Shown: positions 1 through 11,584 of the stretch, one piece after another | Layout of the letters: every line of letters starts with the position of its first letter | Numbering within the stretch: position 1 is the stretch's first letter | Origin: Trichodelitschia bisporula | Taxonomy: Eukaryota | Assembly (NCBI GenBank): GCA_010356995.1 | Contig: ML996694.1 | Coordinates: 1 to 64,000 of the forward strand | Direction of reading: 5' to 3' | Length of the DNA: 64,000 nt | Position numbers and translations under genes: made by a program | Notes under the pieces: generated by a model | The model's database searches: none | The model's input: only the letters and a program-made list of their open reading frames with translations | Told to the model about the DNA's origin: nothing

Positions 1-21
1 TCTGCTTTACGTCCAGCTTAC

Positions 22-2848
22 AGATATCATGGACTCCAAAGACACGATGGCATGAAACCCTTCGGAAACCTTCTGCATCCATCCAAGCGCCTCAAGCCAG
101 TGAAGGAGATGCTCCTTCAGGAACTGATGAACCTCACTGTCATCGTTGAGCTGAGATCCACCCTTATGAAGATGCTGTATCCAGTAGAGGCATGCATACT
201 GCTTCTCAGGATGAAGGGAGCCTTCAACCTCATGACTGTCGACCTCGATCTTGAGTACTCCAGGCCGACCTATCCCAAGCATGTCCTGCGTGAGGAAGTC
301 AGACATGACCTGTATGCATTTCATGGCAAGGGCTTGATGCGCTTGCTTTTCGTCGACCCAGAAACCTGTATCTCCGCTTCTCTTCGAGTCGAGAAGGAAG
401 TCACGGAATGAAGGGTGGTGTAAACGGAGTGGGTAACCTGGTTCCTTTGGAATATCTAAAATGGCGTAAAGAACACCCAGTATCTGACTCACATCATCCT
501 GTGAGATGTTGAGCAGCCTGCTCAAGGACTGGGTGGAAAGTGGAGAGAGCAGGGTTACAATGCTTCCAAGAAGACCTTTGAGCTCAGATCGGAGCTCATA
601 TTTCTCCTCGTCTAAATAGCCGGGAGAAATGCAGTGGTGAAGGACCGCTGCGTAAATTTCGTTGAGCTGCTTCACTGGGGCGTTGACAACAGTGCGACTT
701 TGGCCCAGGATCGTATCCAGTCTCTTTGTGGCAAATCGTTTACCTTCATGAATAAATCGGCATGCCGTTGCGGCCCAGATGAAGAGCCCACATGCATTCT
801 GGACAAGGCGATTGATGATCTGCTCGCCTGGCCAACCGGCCCTGAGAGAGAGCTTGTGGGCAGTATTGTCCAGCTGGTGCTGTAAGAAAAGGCGGATATC
901 GTGGTCAACTATTGATGGTGATATGCTGTGGAGTACAAAGTCCTGGTGCTCAGCTTCTGGCATATCGAGGAAGCCATGCCGGATAGGAACTTCAGGTCTG
1001 CTTGTCAAAAACACTCGGAGACGGGCCCGCTCCAACGACCGGAGTTCTGCGAAAAGCTGCAGAATGATCTGCATATCGCTCTCATCCTTGCACTCGTCGA
1101 GTGCGTCAACAACCAAGATAAATGCAGAAGGGAATTGGTTGAGCTCTGCCAACGGAGCTAGGATAAGATGGCGCCACTGGTCGCGCAGAGACAGACTTGC
1201 GATGTTGCTGCGCTCGGTGATAGCATCCCACATGGTGGGCTTCAGAGACGGTACGTTGTCTGCAAGTTGCACTGCGATACTTGTCACAAACTTGTCGGCA
1301 TGGCCAACATCTCCGCCGCCTCGAGAGAAGAAGAAACTGGCCCCAAGACATTTCTTCGCGGAAAATTTGGCCGCCACTGTTCGCGCTACAGTAGACTTGC
1401 CAGTGCCGGCCAAACCGCTCAGCCAGAATATACTCGGAGAGTTCTTTTCATCAGCCCAGTTGCCTATCTCCCCGAGAACTTTGACACGGGTGTCGGGGAG
1501 GCAGGTAGACTCATTTTGTCGCTGGCGTGAATTGAACGGCGCGCCCGCAGCCACGAAGTCCTCGAGCGTCTTGTTGAAATCTAGCAGCTTTAATTAGCCC
1601 TCTGCTTTTTGTGACAGCTACTGTGCAAAGGAGTCAGATACTGACCATGCTTCTCTTTCATAACCTTAAGCGCTGGTGATTCCATCTTGACTTCGGTTGG
1701 CGGCATCAACAGCAGGATTTCTTTCGCGCACGCAGCTGCCGTTCCTGCTGCAAATGGCTGCCAGCTCTTGTTCTTATGCGAGTCCGCATAGTCGCATATT
1801 CCCCGCACAACAAGGCACGGAAAACTGTTCATAAGCCCCGCCGCCTCCATCTCAAAACAAAGTACGCCTCCAAGCTCGGCACTGAGACTGTCTCTTGTCG
1901 TCGCACCTTGCATGACCTGGTTCCCGGAGGCTATGGTGCCGTAATGGACGACAACATCCTCGCTGCGCGGCTGCCGCTGTACCACGTACTCTTTCCGGCA
2001 CTTCTGGCAGTCGTCAGGTCCACCCTCATGGTCATAGGCAGCGTCGTACAAAACATCCGGTCCGGCTTTGTCCCGCGCAAATGAAGGTTGCTGGCCGACC
2101 CTCGAAAGGTGATGCAAGAACCCAGCTCTTCCTCGGATGTGATTGGCCTCTAGATTCGCTACTGCCTTCAACAGGACCGGTGGAGGAGGACTGAGAAATC
2201 CGGTCCGCTCGAACTTGCCTGGCTCCGTCTTGCCAAAGTCGTACTGCACTACTCCACCGTACCCCTTGGACGGCTGGCTCACGACGACATCCCCAAGCCG
2301 TATATCAGCCGCGCTCGGCACACCACCTCCGATGCCCACCATCAGGCCGAGCCGAACAGAGTTGAATGTCAACTGCATCTGGGTAGCAACTGAGGCTGCC
2401 GCATTGGTTCCCATTTGGCCTACGGGTAGGCACGCAATCACGACGTTGNNNNNNNNNNNNNNNNNNNNNNNNNNNNNNNNNNNNNNNNNNNNNNNNNNNN
2501 NNNNNNNNNNNNNNNNNNNNNNNNNNNNNNNNNNNNNNNNNNNNNNNNNNNNNNNNNNNNNNNNNNNNNNNNNNNNNNNNNNNNNNNNNNNNNNNNNNNN
2601 NNNNNNNNNNNNNNNNNNNNNNNNNNNNNNNNNNNNNNNNNNNNNNNNNNNNNNNNNNNNNNNNNNNNNNNNNNNNNNNNNNNNNNNNNNNNNNNNNNNN
2701 NNNNNNNNNNNNNNNNNNNNNNNNNNNNNNNNNNNNNNNNNNNNNNNNNNNNNNNNNNNNNNNNNNNNNNNNNNNNNNNNNNNNNNNNNNNNNNNNNNNN
2801 NNNNNNNNNNNNNNNNNNATCGTCCGGCCCGAGCCTCTTTGACGCCAT
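22..2848 (-). CDS. NLR-like STAND protein with an N-terminal PNP_UDP (nucleoside phosphorylase) effector domain plus NACHT NTPase. The 3' end (probably WD40 repeats) lies beyond the window start.
   Basis: ATG at 2848 gives MASKRLGPDD just before the N gap. After the gap come PNP motifs LMVGIGGGVP, DIRLGDVVVS, CFEMEAAGLM and RGICDYADSHKNK. Intron 1645-1581 (GTCAGT..CTAAT..TAG) joins in frame to NACHT with Walker A GLAGTGKST and Walker B VVDALDEC. The next donor GTAAGC is at 21. Confidence 0.9.
2449..2818. other. Assembly gap (370 N) inside the NLR gene
   Basis: Run of N characters. Confidence 1.
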
Positions 2849-3449
2849 CCGCAGGGCTGCACAACTTTTGACGGAGGCGGCAATGCCGTCTTGAGTAAGG
2901 CGGTGATGGTGGAGCAACGGCTTTTGAGAAAGCTGCTAGCGAGGAGGGCGTATGGCACTGGCTGCACGCTCCGCTGCAGACTGAGGCTGAGTGCGGGCGT
3001 TGTGGTTCTCCTGTTGTTGGTGAGGCGCTTTTGGCGCCATAAATGTGAATGAACAATTGTTTACTTTCTTCTCTCTCCCCCAACGGCCACCATCTTTCAG
3101 TGCTGCACAGCGGGCGGCCCTTTGAGGTGGGCTTTGCGCGACCAGGGTGTTCTCCTCCCCACCTTCACACCCCTCGACAAACCTCCACGCCCGCGCATCG
3201 ACACTTCTTAATTCTCTTTCCGCCTGCAACCCACCTTTTTTCCCAACACGTTTAATTTCCCCACACTGCCTTCTGCTTCTATAGAATAAAAGCGGCCGTG
3301 TCCGTTTTCTCCTTGACTCCCAAATCCATCAACCCCCTTCCCCCCCAACCGCGCTCCCTACCATCTGCAACAGAATGTGAGGGCCACCATCGCGTTATCC
3401 CATCTTCAAGAGCCCTCCCGCACGCATCGTCGCACGGCGCACCTCGTCT

Positions 3450-4235
3450 GCCTAACCATCCCACCCGTCCAAAGATTGTACATCTCCCTGCACCTAACGA
3501 ACCTCTCTAACCCTACTAGCGCCATCCACGTCCACCCCATCCGCACGGGCTACTGGAATGACATCAGCCGGCCCGAGTACTGGGGCTTCGGGAGTGCGTC
3601 TGCTCTCTAGTGCTCAGCCCAGGCTAACCAAACCCAGAGGGCCAAGTCACGTCCTTCATCCTCATCACGTCCGACGACGAGCGCATCTACGGATGGCACA
3701 TCCTGCCCCTGGACGTGTACGAGCGGTGCGCGGCACCACTGGCGGCGAACCCGGTGCGCGAACTGGGGAACTTCAACAAGATGCTAGCGTGTAAACTCAT
3801 GATTGAAGATGCGGAGTTCAAGGCTATTGTCAACTGTACGCTCTCCAGCCTATCCATAGTCTCCTCTAACCCCCGCACAGCCCACATTGTATGTCTCCCC
3901 GTCTCCTCAATGTCCAACTCCCTCGTCACTATTTCCCTTAATTCAAACTAACCTCCCCAGAACGCCAGCCACAACTCCCAAATGGGCTGCTCAGCGACTT
4001 ACAAACTGCTCACCTCCCTCCCAAACACCTATGTCCTAACCCTGGCTTACCGCGGCTTCGTCCACAGCACTGGCTCCCCTCGGAAAGTGGCCTAATCACA
4101 GACGCCATCTCCCTGCTGACCACGCTGCTCCTCCTTCCCCCGCACCATCCTTGTCCTCGGCCACTCGCTCGGCACGGCCGTCGCCGCTGCCGCTGCCGCC
4201 GCCGCCGCCGCCGCGCTGCACTTTGCCGATCCGCG
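3450..4235 (+). pseudogene. ABHD12-like alpha/beta hydrolase pseudogene
   Basis: Fragments GYWNDISRPEYWGF, QVTSFILITSDDERIYGWHILPLDVY, YRGFVHSTGSP/SESGLITD and nucleophile motif GHSLGTAV. The last three lie in different frames (two frameshifts, ~4075-4145), and no C-terminal half is visible. Confidence 0.7.
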
Positions 4236-4696
4236 CGCCGCGACAGGGTTGATGCCCAGGACTGCGGTGCGGGATCCGGGGGTGGTAGATTTGTATCTAG
4301 ATGCCCGCCTAGTGTTGGAATGCGGTGGCTGTGTTCAGCCTCACCCAGTTTCAGCCACAGGGCTCGAGTATAAGTAGACTCGGGGTCCCCACGTCTTTGA
4401 CAATCAAGCAACTTGTTCATGGGCAGACCTTCGGTCCAACTTGTGATGCATTGATGTTTCTTTGATCACACATCCCCTTTCAACAGAGGGTTAACCGTGC
4501 AGGGTACAATTGTATCATGGCCGACGTCCCCATCGCGCTGGCGGTGATGAAGGCCTTCGAGATAGCAGCTTCGGGTGGAGGTGACATCACGTCAATCTAG
4601 CAGCCCTACGGTACCAGAAACACAGCCCGAGATCAAAGTAAACGAGTGAGCCCTAACCCAGCCTGGATATCTAGCCCGCGCCAAGGCCTTGCTCAA

Positions 4697-5460
4697 TCAC
4701 ACCCCCCCTCTCATCCTGTAGATAAACCACGCTCCAAAGCAAAGAACCTCAATATCAACGCGCCTGTAGATCAAAACATGCTCCAAGCTGACCCAGTACT
4801 GCGCGATGAGGTCGTGCAAGATAAGGAAGAGCTGCGACATGATGAATGTCTCTGTCGCAGCGATCAGGCCCGCTCCATGAAATTTGAGATGAACCTCCCC
4901 CCTACATACCACCGATTCGCCATTTGCCCCGCACTCCGCACCACCCTTGCGCCTTGAAACAGCACCTACGCGCGCCGCACGGCGCCTGCGCTCCCAATAT
5001 CTAGCGCCATGAATATGTACTGCCCGTGTGGCACGTTGCGGTCGCCAGTCAACCTAACGCCCGGCAACTAGTCCTTGTGCATCCCGTCCATCCACCAGCG
5101 CGCCCGCCACGCCCACCTCGATGCCCCTCGCGAGCCACGTGGGCAGTCTGCACTCGGCCAGCGCGGCCTCCGGGGCGGAGAAGGGAGTTAAATGGGCGCA
5201 TCGGGCCGCAGGAGCCCGATGAACTCCTCGCCGCGGCCGTGGTAGTCGCCGGGCCCAGATGCCGCGGTACGGGCGGGATGGTGTGGAGGTCACGGCCTTT
5301 TCGGACAACGAGGCCCAGGTCGCGAACTCGAAGGTCAGGTTGCAGGGCAGCTTGGGGAGGAGGTCGAGGATTCGCAGCTTGTTACGCGGGATGCGGAAGG
5401 AGGCGGTGCTCATGTCGGGTTGGGCTTTGGGAGCGAGCATTAGCGCGGCGGGGCACTGGC
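4697..5460 (-). pseudogene. Pseudogene of the C-terminal part of a fungal FBXO31/DUF3506-like (cyclin-D1-binding-type) F-box protein
   Basis: Fragments RPYRGIWA../GDYHGRGEEF (frameshifted), VRLTGDRNVPHGQYIF...RRA*VLFQGARVVRSAGQMA (in-frame TAG at ~4966) and SQLFLILHDLIAQYWVSLEHVLIYRRVDI. Confidence 0.65.
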
Positions 5461-6392
5461 TCTCGGATTAAAGGTCGGGCCGATACCCACCGAGTGAGTG
5501 GATTCGGTGGCTTGATTCAATTGCGTGGCTACGTCGGAACGAGGCTGATCGTCACTGGCTGTACAGAGAGCGCGTCCATCATAGCCTTGCTTCCGTGTGG
5601 TAACAATCAAGGCAAAGTGATGATCGGTTGGCTGGAAGCTTTGGATCCGAATTGTGCGTCGATATAGATTTTTTTTTGCGTGCGTCAGATCACCGACAGC
5701 CTATCTCGAGGGACACGCTGTCCCCAAAACCCAGAAGGAGGACCAGTGGGAACTCGCCGGGCTGACGGATCGCGCCTGTGCCTGTGCTTGCGCGAGCCCC
5801 ACTTTCATCTGCCCCACTACTCCAGACTGGACACCACCAGCGATGAGCATTGTTAGACGACGTTGAGTCGATTTAAGCACCTACGAACCCGCCCGGTGCT
5901 TTCCTTCTTTGAGGCTAGCGGTGCATAGCTTGAATGCCTCGGCATTGGGAGGATCGTGCGCGATCCGCTGGAGTTCAGGACCAAATGTTGGTATCTGCAA
6001 CTGTGGATGGCAGCCAGAGTGGGCGAAAGCAAGATGGAGGGTAGGTGATGTAGGCAAGGCCTCGTCACAGGCAAAGTACAAGTCAGCTTTTGAAAAGGTT
6101 AGAAAAGGACAAAGAAGACAGCAGCGTCTCGGAGCCCTCAGCAGTGTGTAAACAGGAGTCGCATATCGCCTTCCACTGCCCTGTCAATAACTGACCTTAG
6201 GCCTAGTACTGACCGTCACTCCCTGCCCAACTCACACATGGGTCCCTTCCAGGATACAAGCGTACAAACGATGCCTTCCATACTCATGAGTGCCTTAACA
6301 GTACTTGCTTGGGGCCTTTGTGCCTTACGTCCCGTGTTCACATCAGCTAGTCTACCATAAATTAGTCACGATTCTAAAGCATATTGGGTTCT

Positions 6393-6533
6393 TGTTAAAA
6401 TGAAGTATGAACTTGACTGAGTTGCTTGACTGACTAGCAGTAGGAAGTGAGCTGACTATATACATCGCCGGGAGACGACCCCTGTCTCCTGGCTCCACTC
6501 CAGCCACCCCAGGTTGCCGCCACAAATTCAACA
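6393..6533 (-). repeat. 3' LTR of the copia element (141 bp)
   Basis: TGTTAAAATG...AATTCAACA; 6 mismatches against 9212-9352 by manual alignment. Confidence 0.93.
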
Positions 6534-7237
6534 GTACTCATCCTACCTATCCCCTCGTCCAAAGGTAGTCGAGGATTTCCTCCTGCTCCTTCAGCCGTTC
6601 AGCGCGAAGCTCGTCACTATCAACTGCTTTTGGGGTCGGGTGCGATTGGGTCAGGCACGCTTGCCTCTCTTTCGAGGACATGAGATATTTGATGATCGTG
6701 TCTAAGGCCACCATGGGCCACTTGGAGGCGAAATCAGACATGTCCTTTACCATTTTTTCGAGGTGTGATTATTCGAGTTGAGGTTAATGGATTGTGATGA
6801 ATGACTTTAAACTTTGACTGTGGCGTAGTATTTATATACCTGTGGTCGCAGGGACAGTTGGTTCAAGAGTCCCAAAGCGGACAGAGTGCACTCCAGAAGC
6901 CACATGCGTTGCGTTCGTCAGCATGGTGCGTAGTACTACAGTACCAGGCCGAATGTATGTTAGGGGTTCAAAGTCCACCCAGAAAAGTAATGATTCCTCT
7001 CCCGGTTCACTGGCCATGCCTCACAAAATGTCACAGTGCCAGCGAAGAGCGGTGCAAAAACCATAGATTGCTTCGAGACGATGATAAAGAGTTGGAGAAG
7101 TAATCTACAGGGATGGGTGTGCAAAAGCATAACCGCAGTGCGGGGGCTTGGCGCCAGTCACATGACTGCGCTCGTCCCCATACGTCACCTCGGTACTGTG
7201 CTGCCACCCAGGCCACATCATGGCCAGAACCATGACA

Positions 7238-7942
7238 GACAGCGCCTACGATCGAAGACGGAGAAACGGCCAAAGACTTCCGAGACCGCTTGACAACCTG
7301 GAAGGACAAGCAAGAGCAGGGCATTGCCATCGTTGAAAAGCGCTGTGGGCCAGATGCGGAGAAGCACATCGCATCTCTCTGTCAGTCCGACGACACCTTC
7401 CCCACGGTCGAAGACGTCTCCGCCACTCTTGAGCAGCACTACAAGCCCAGCGGGAGCGCCTACTTCAGGGACCTTGATCGCAAATATCAGGAACTGAGGC
7501 TGGCCGACTGCAAAGACGTCACCGATTTCGCGCAGCGGCTCGGTCACGCATACCACGAACTTGTTGCCCTTGACGCTTCTGTTGAACTGAGCGAACACTT
7601 CCTTGTCAACAAGTTCCTCAACGGCCTCGGCGAAGATTACGACAACTTCATCACAGCCTTCGAACAGAACCACTGCCTTCTCCCGCTGTGAAACGCGGGG
7701 AAAGTCATCACCACGGCAGCAGTGTCCTTCAGTACTGTCCGCAAGGCCGTTCAAGAAGAGGAGCACAAGAAGAAAGTGAGAAGGGAAGAGTCCACAGCAT
7801 TTCTGTATAGGGCGAAGCCTCCAAAATCATCCATTCGAAGAAAGGAGTGCACCGATTGTGGGCGTTCAGGCCACACGACGGAAGAATGCTGGGAGACACA
7901 CCCTGAGTTCAAGAAGGCGCATTACATCGAGAGGAAAAGGAA
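7238..7942 (+). pseudogene. Copia gag, inverted copy: 5'-truncated, premature stop, intact CCHC knuckle
   Basis: Reverse complement of 7943-8583. TGA at 7689-7691 where the other copy has CGA. CTDCGRSGHTTEECW fits C-x2-C-x4-H-x4-C. Confidence 0.82.
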
Positions 7943-8729
7943 CCTTCGTGTGGTATGGACGCCCAAAGTCGGTGCACTCCTTTCTTCGAATGGATGATTT
8001 TGGAGGCTTCGCTCTGGACAGAAATGCTGTGGAGTCTTCCCTTCTCACTTTCTCTTGTGCTCCTCTTCTTGGACGGCCTTGCGGACAGTACTGAAGGACA
8101 CTGCTGCCGTGGTGATGACTTTCTCCGCGTTTCGCAGCGGGAGAAGGCGGTGGTTCTGTTCGAAGGCTGTGATGAAGTTGTCGTAATCTTCGCCGAGGCC
8201 GTTGAGGAACTTGTTGACAAGGAAGTGTTCGCTCAGTCTAACGGAAGCGTCAAGGGCAACAAGTTCTTGGTATGCGTGACCGAGCCGCTGCGCGAAATCG
8301 GTGACGTCTTTGCAGTCGGCCAGCCTCAGTTCTTGATATTTGCGATCAAGGTCCCTGAAATAGGCGCTCCCGCTGGGCTTGTAGTGCTGCTCAAGAGTGG
8401 CGAAGACGTCTTCGACCGTGGGGAAGGTGTCGTCGGACTGACAGAGATGCAATGTGCTTCTCCGCATCCGGCCCACAGTGCTTTTCAATGATGGCAACGG
8501 CCTGCTCTTGCTTGTCTTTCCAGGTTGTCAAGCGGTCTCGGAAGTCTTTGGCCGTTTCTCCGTCTTCGATCGTAGGCGCTGTCCGGTTTCGGGAGAGGAG
8601 GTCGTTGTATCTAGCAGCTTTGAGCGTCTGCTTCATCTCCTTCTCCCACTGAATCCAGTTGTCCGGATGCTCGAGCAGCTTGATGTCATCAAAGCTGACA
8701 ATCATACTGCCGTGCGATCCCGTAGTCAT
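7943..8729 (-). pseudogene. Copia gag, sense copy: frameshifted and truncated at a mutated zinc knuckle
   Basis: MTTGSHG...LEHPDNWIQWEKEMKQTLKA...; a 2-nt deletion near 8445 relative to the + copy shifts the frame; it continues FLNGLGEDYDNF; the knuckle is degenerate (CTDFGRPYH). Confidence 0.8.
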
Positions 8730-8974
8730 GGTGACGGGTTTGAGGGTGCGGAGAGGCGGTGAGGCAAGTGTGAAGAAAGGTGAAGAGAATTGATGAAGGA
8801 GGAAGAAGCATTCGGCTTGGAGGAGTTACCTCCGGTGAGGGAATTGGAGTAGAGAGGCAAGGGACAAGTAGAGGTGAGGATCTGACATCGAGTCCTGTAT
8901 GACTCACACGGACAGATGAGAGATGGCGAACATCCACATCTAATTGTTTTGATGTGGTCCTGAAGCCTACGGAA

Positions 8975-9046
8975 AGAAAACTCCGCCAGCTGATGGTTGC
9001 GTGAGCAAAACTCCGCCAGCTGATGGTTGCCTGGGCAAAACTCCAT
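8975..9046. repeat. 30-bp tandem repeat (~2.3 units) in the copia 5' leader
   Basis: AAAACTCCGCCAGCTGATGGTTGC occurs twice at 30-nt spacing, followed by a partial third AAAACTCC. Confidence 0.85.
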
Positions 9047-9199
9047 CGCTTGAGACATTTTTGGATTGTTCTGCGTTGATCAAGGCGTGCAGTGGAAAGC
9101 TGTTAGGCCTGATTTGCCTTGAACCAATATTGTCAGAAGATCCGAGCATGTCAGTTTCATAGGATTTGCGTGGACACTTAGCTATTGCTGCGTAATTCC

Positions 9200-9211
9200 G
9201 GGCTCATAACC
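9200..9211 (-). promoter_or_regulatory. Primer-binding site of the copia element
   Basis: Reads GGTTATGAGCCC on the minus strand directly after the LTR-terminal CA. This is the typical copia-lineage initiator-Met half-tRNA PBS. Confidence 0.85.
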
Positions 9212-9352
9212 TGTTAAAATGAAGTGTGAACATGACTGAGTTGGTTGATTGACTAGCAGTGGGAAGTGAGCTGACTATATACATCGCCGGGAGACGACCC
9301 CTGTCTCCTGGCTCCACTCCAGCCACCTCAGGTTGCCGCCACAAATTCAACA
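9212..9352 (-). repeat. 5' LTR of the copia element (141 bp)
   Basis: Direct repeat of 6393-6533, adjacent to the PBS. Confidence 0.93.
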
Positions 9353-9791
9353 CTCACACACCAGGCCTACTTACCCGCAGTCCCTGACATCTTTGCTTCG
9401 TAGCTTTGCAATCCACGTCTTACTCACATCTTGATCGTGCATGCGTGACTGTTGACGGCGATAGGTGACGACCACGAGTGCCGGGTAACGACACTGACAA
9501 CCGGGTAGTAATTGTAGATGCTGGGCACCCGTAATACCCCCCCGCTAGGAGGGAGCCACCGAAAGAAAGTTGCTACTGTATGGAATGAGCCTTTGAAGTC
9601 AAAGATAACTCTTACCGCATTTCTCGGAATCATGTGCTCAGAGTGTTACAGCCAAGTTGAAGACTTTGGCCTTTGAGGAAGACTGAAGAGAGCTAAGGGA
9701 ATCCAAGTACTGAGACAAGGAAACCGAGTAAATAAAGCATTGGGGAACCATATCATGACTTCATTCTTCCAGCAGTGGCAGGCTGATTCGA

Positions 9792-11584
9792 TTAAACGCT
9801 CTCCTTCGACTCACGGTCCATCTTCGCTTTGACATCCTCAAAGTCCACCGCATCGACCACCTGGCCATCAATCACGCCCATGTTCCTGTACAAGTCCTCC
9901 ACGCACTCACCGTCCAAAAAGCCGTCCGTCTTAGCCAGCTCTTCGAACTTGCTGGCCGCGCGCACGTTGTTGTTGTCGCCGGCCAGCCCGGCATACCCAG
10001 CGGGTACAATCCGCGGTGGAAACACGAAGCGCCCAAACACAGAATAAAATACAAATGCGCAACCAAAAGTTAGGACCCAACCAGTGTTGTACATGTGAAT
10101 AGCGGCGATGGCGACAAGGTCCGGGCGGTAGGCGCCGATCAGGCCCGGGAGGCCAAATACCATGCCGCAAACCCAGCAGGCGGTCGGCACGATCTGCCAG
10201 CCCCTGATGCCATAATACAATCCGCCGGGGCGAGGGTCGTACATGGAGGGGACATGGTAGTTGCCGCGGCGGACGACGAAGTAGTCGCAGATGACAATCG
10301 CACACAGCGGAGCCATGAAGATACCATAGCTGCCGAGGAATGTGAGAAAGCCGGCGGCGTCCTTGAGGAGCTGCCACGGGACAACTGCAATGCCGAGAAT
10401 CGAGCAGATGACTTGGCCGCGTTTGATGGTCAAGAACTTTGGGAAGAGGCCGGTGACGTCGGAGCCAAACGGCATGCTGTTTGCACCAAAGTTGGTAGTG
10501 ACCACGGACAGCCCAAAGCCAAAGGCGGCGAAGAAGCAGCCGGCGCGCGCGGCCGGATTCCAGAAGCGATCAAGGATGGCGCTGAGCAAATCCCACTGGT
10601 TCCAGTACGACTCGCCAAACTTTGGCGTCACCGCGGCCGTTGCACCGCAGCCGAGGAAGAAGATGACCGTCTTGCTGATAAAAATGGACGCAACTTGTGG
10701 CCAGCCCGCATCGCGCGGCGAGCGAGTGTAACGGGTAAAGTCCGGCTGGTTGACGAGCAGCGGCGACAGCGTGCCCATCACCGAGTTGACGCCGTTGAGC
10801 ATGGCCCAGCCGAGCGCACCACCGGTGAGCGGCTTGCTGCCGAGTGTCTCCAGTGACAAGCCGCCGCCGTACGAGATGCACCAACCGAATGTCCCGAAGC
10901 AGGCAATGGGGACAATCACCGAGGCCGTTGTAAACAGGTGGCGGATGCGCGTAGGGTGCACGAACTGGAAGGGAAACTGGATGAACCAGAAGAGGAAAAA
11001 GGCGAGGATCTCGCGCGAGCTCGTGCCGGTGCTCGCTGGGAGGTGGTTTGGGATGTTTTGCCAGTGGTGGCCGAAGATGCAGCGCAGACACACGCTGAGG
11101 AGCTTGCCGCCGAAGAAGGTCTGCACGCCGTACCAGATGATGGCGACGATGGCGCGCAGCGCAACAAAGAAGTAGGCGCCGTACATGCCGAAGATGCCAC
11201 GCGCGAGGACGGGATATCCAATGTGGTATGTGGCGCCAGGGCGGCCCATGCCGAGTGCCACAAAGGATGCGATGACATTGGCGATGATGGCGGCGAGCAG
11301 CGCCTGCCACCACAGAAGGCCGACGGCGATCAGGGCAGCGCCGTTACCCCACTGGTTGCTGTTGAAGGCGTTGCTCCACCAGTACATAGACATGGATACC
11401 CTTTGCGGTCAGTCTTGCGTTTCTCTGCGCGGCAACAGACTTACCAAGTCCAGGTGCGGCGTTCCGGCGGACTCGGGGCCAGGTCGTGGTTGATCCATTG
11501 GGATGAGCCCGTCATCTCATTGTCCGTCGCCAGCGCTCGCTTGAGTGAAGCCTTGGTCGGCAGCTTCAACCGTGCGGAAACCAT
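9792..11584 (-). CDS. NCS1 family nucleobase/allantoin permease (Fur-like), copy 1
   Basis: N-terminal QWINHDLAPSPPERRTW, intron 11444-11401, then a 12-TM-type ORF with NCS1 motifs YHIGYPVLARGIFG, NQPDFTRY and ICDYFVVRRG. Confidence 0.93.

Larger units (their letters stand above)
6393..9352 (-). mobile_element. Defective (non-autonomous) Ty1/copia LTR retrotransposon, ~2.96 kb, with gag remnants and no recognisable pol
   Basis: Two 141-bp direct repeats with TG...CA ends. Copia-type PBS GGTTATGAGCCC lies just inside the right LTR on the minus strand, and a purine-rich tract lies inside the left LTR. A gag-like ORF starts at 8729 and there is a CCHC knuckle. The 5-bp flanks (GTTCT / CTCAC) do not match. 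Confidence 0.88.

Noticed and set aside
1590..3083. ORF-track starts that read through the N gap (497, 242, 220 aa)
   Set aside because: Artefacts of the Ns. The family-consistent start is ATG 2848 (MASKRLGPDD).
8975..9046. 30-bp repeats (also 13255-13372) as a CRISPR-like array
   Set aside because: They are head-to-tail repeats without unique spacers in eukaryotic DNA, and no cas genes are present.
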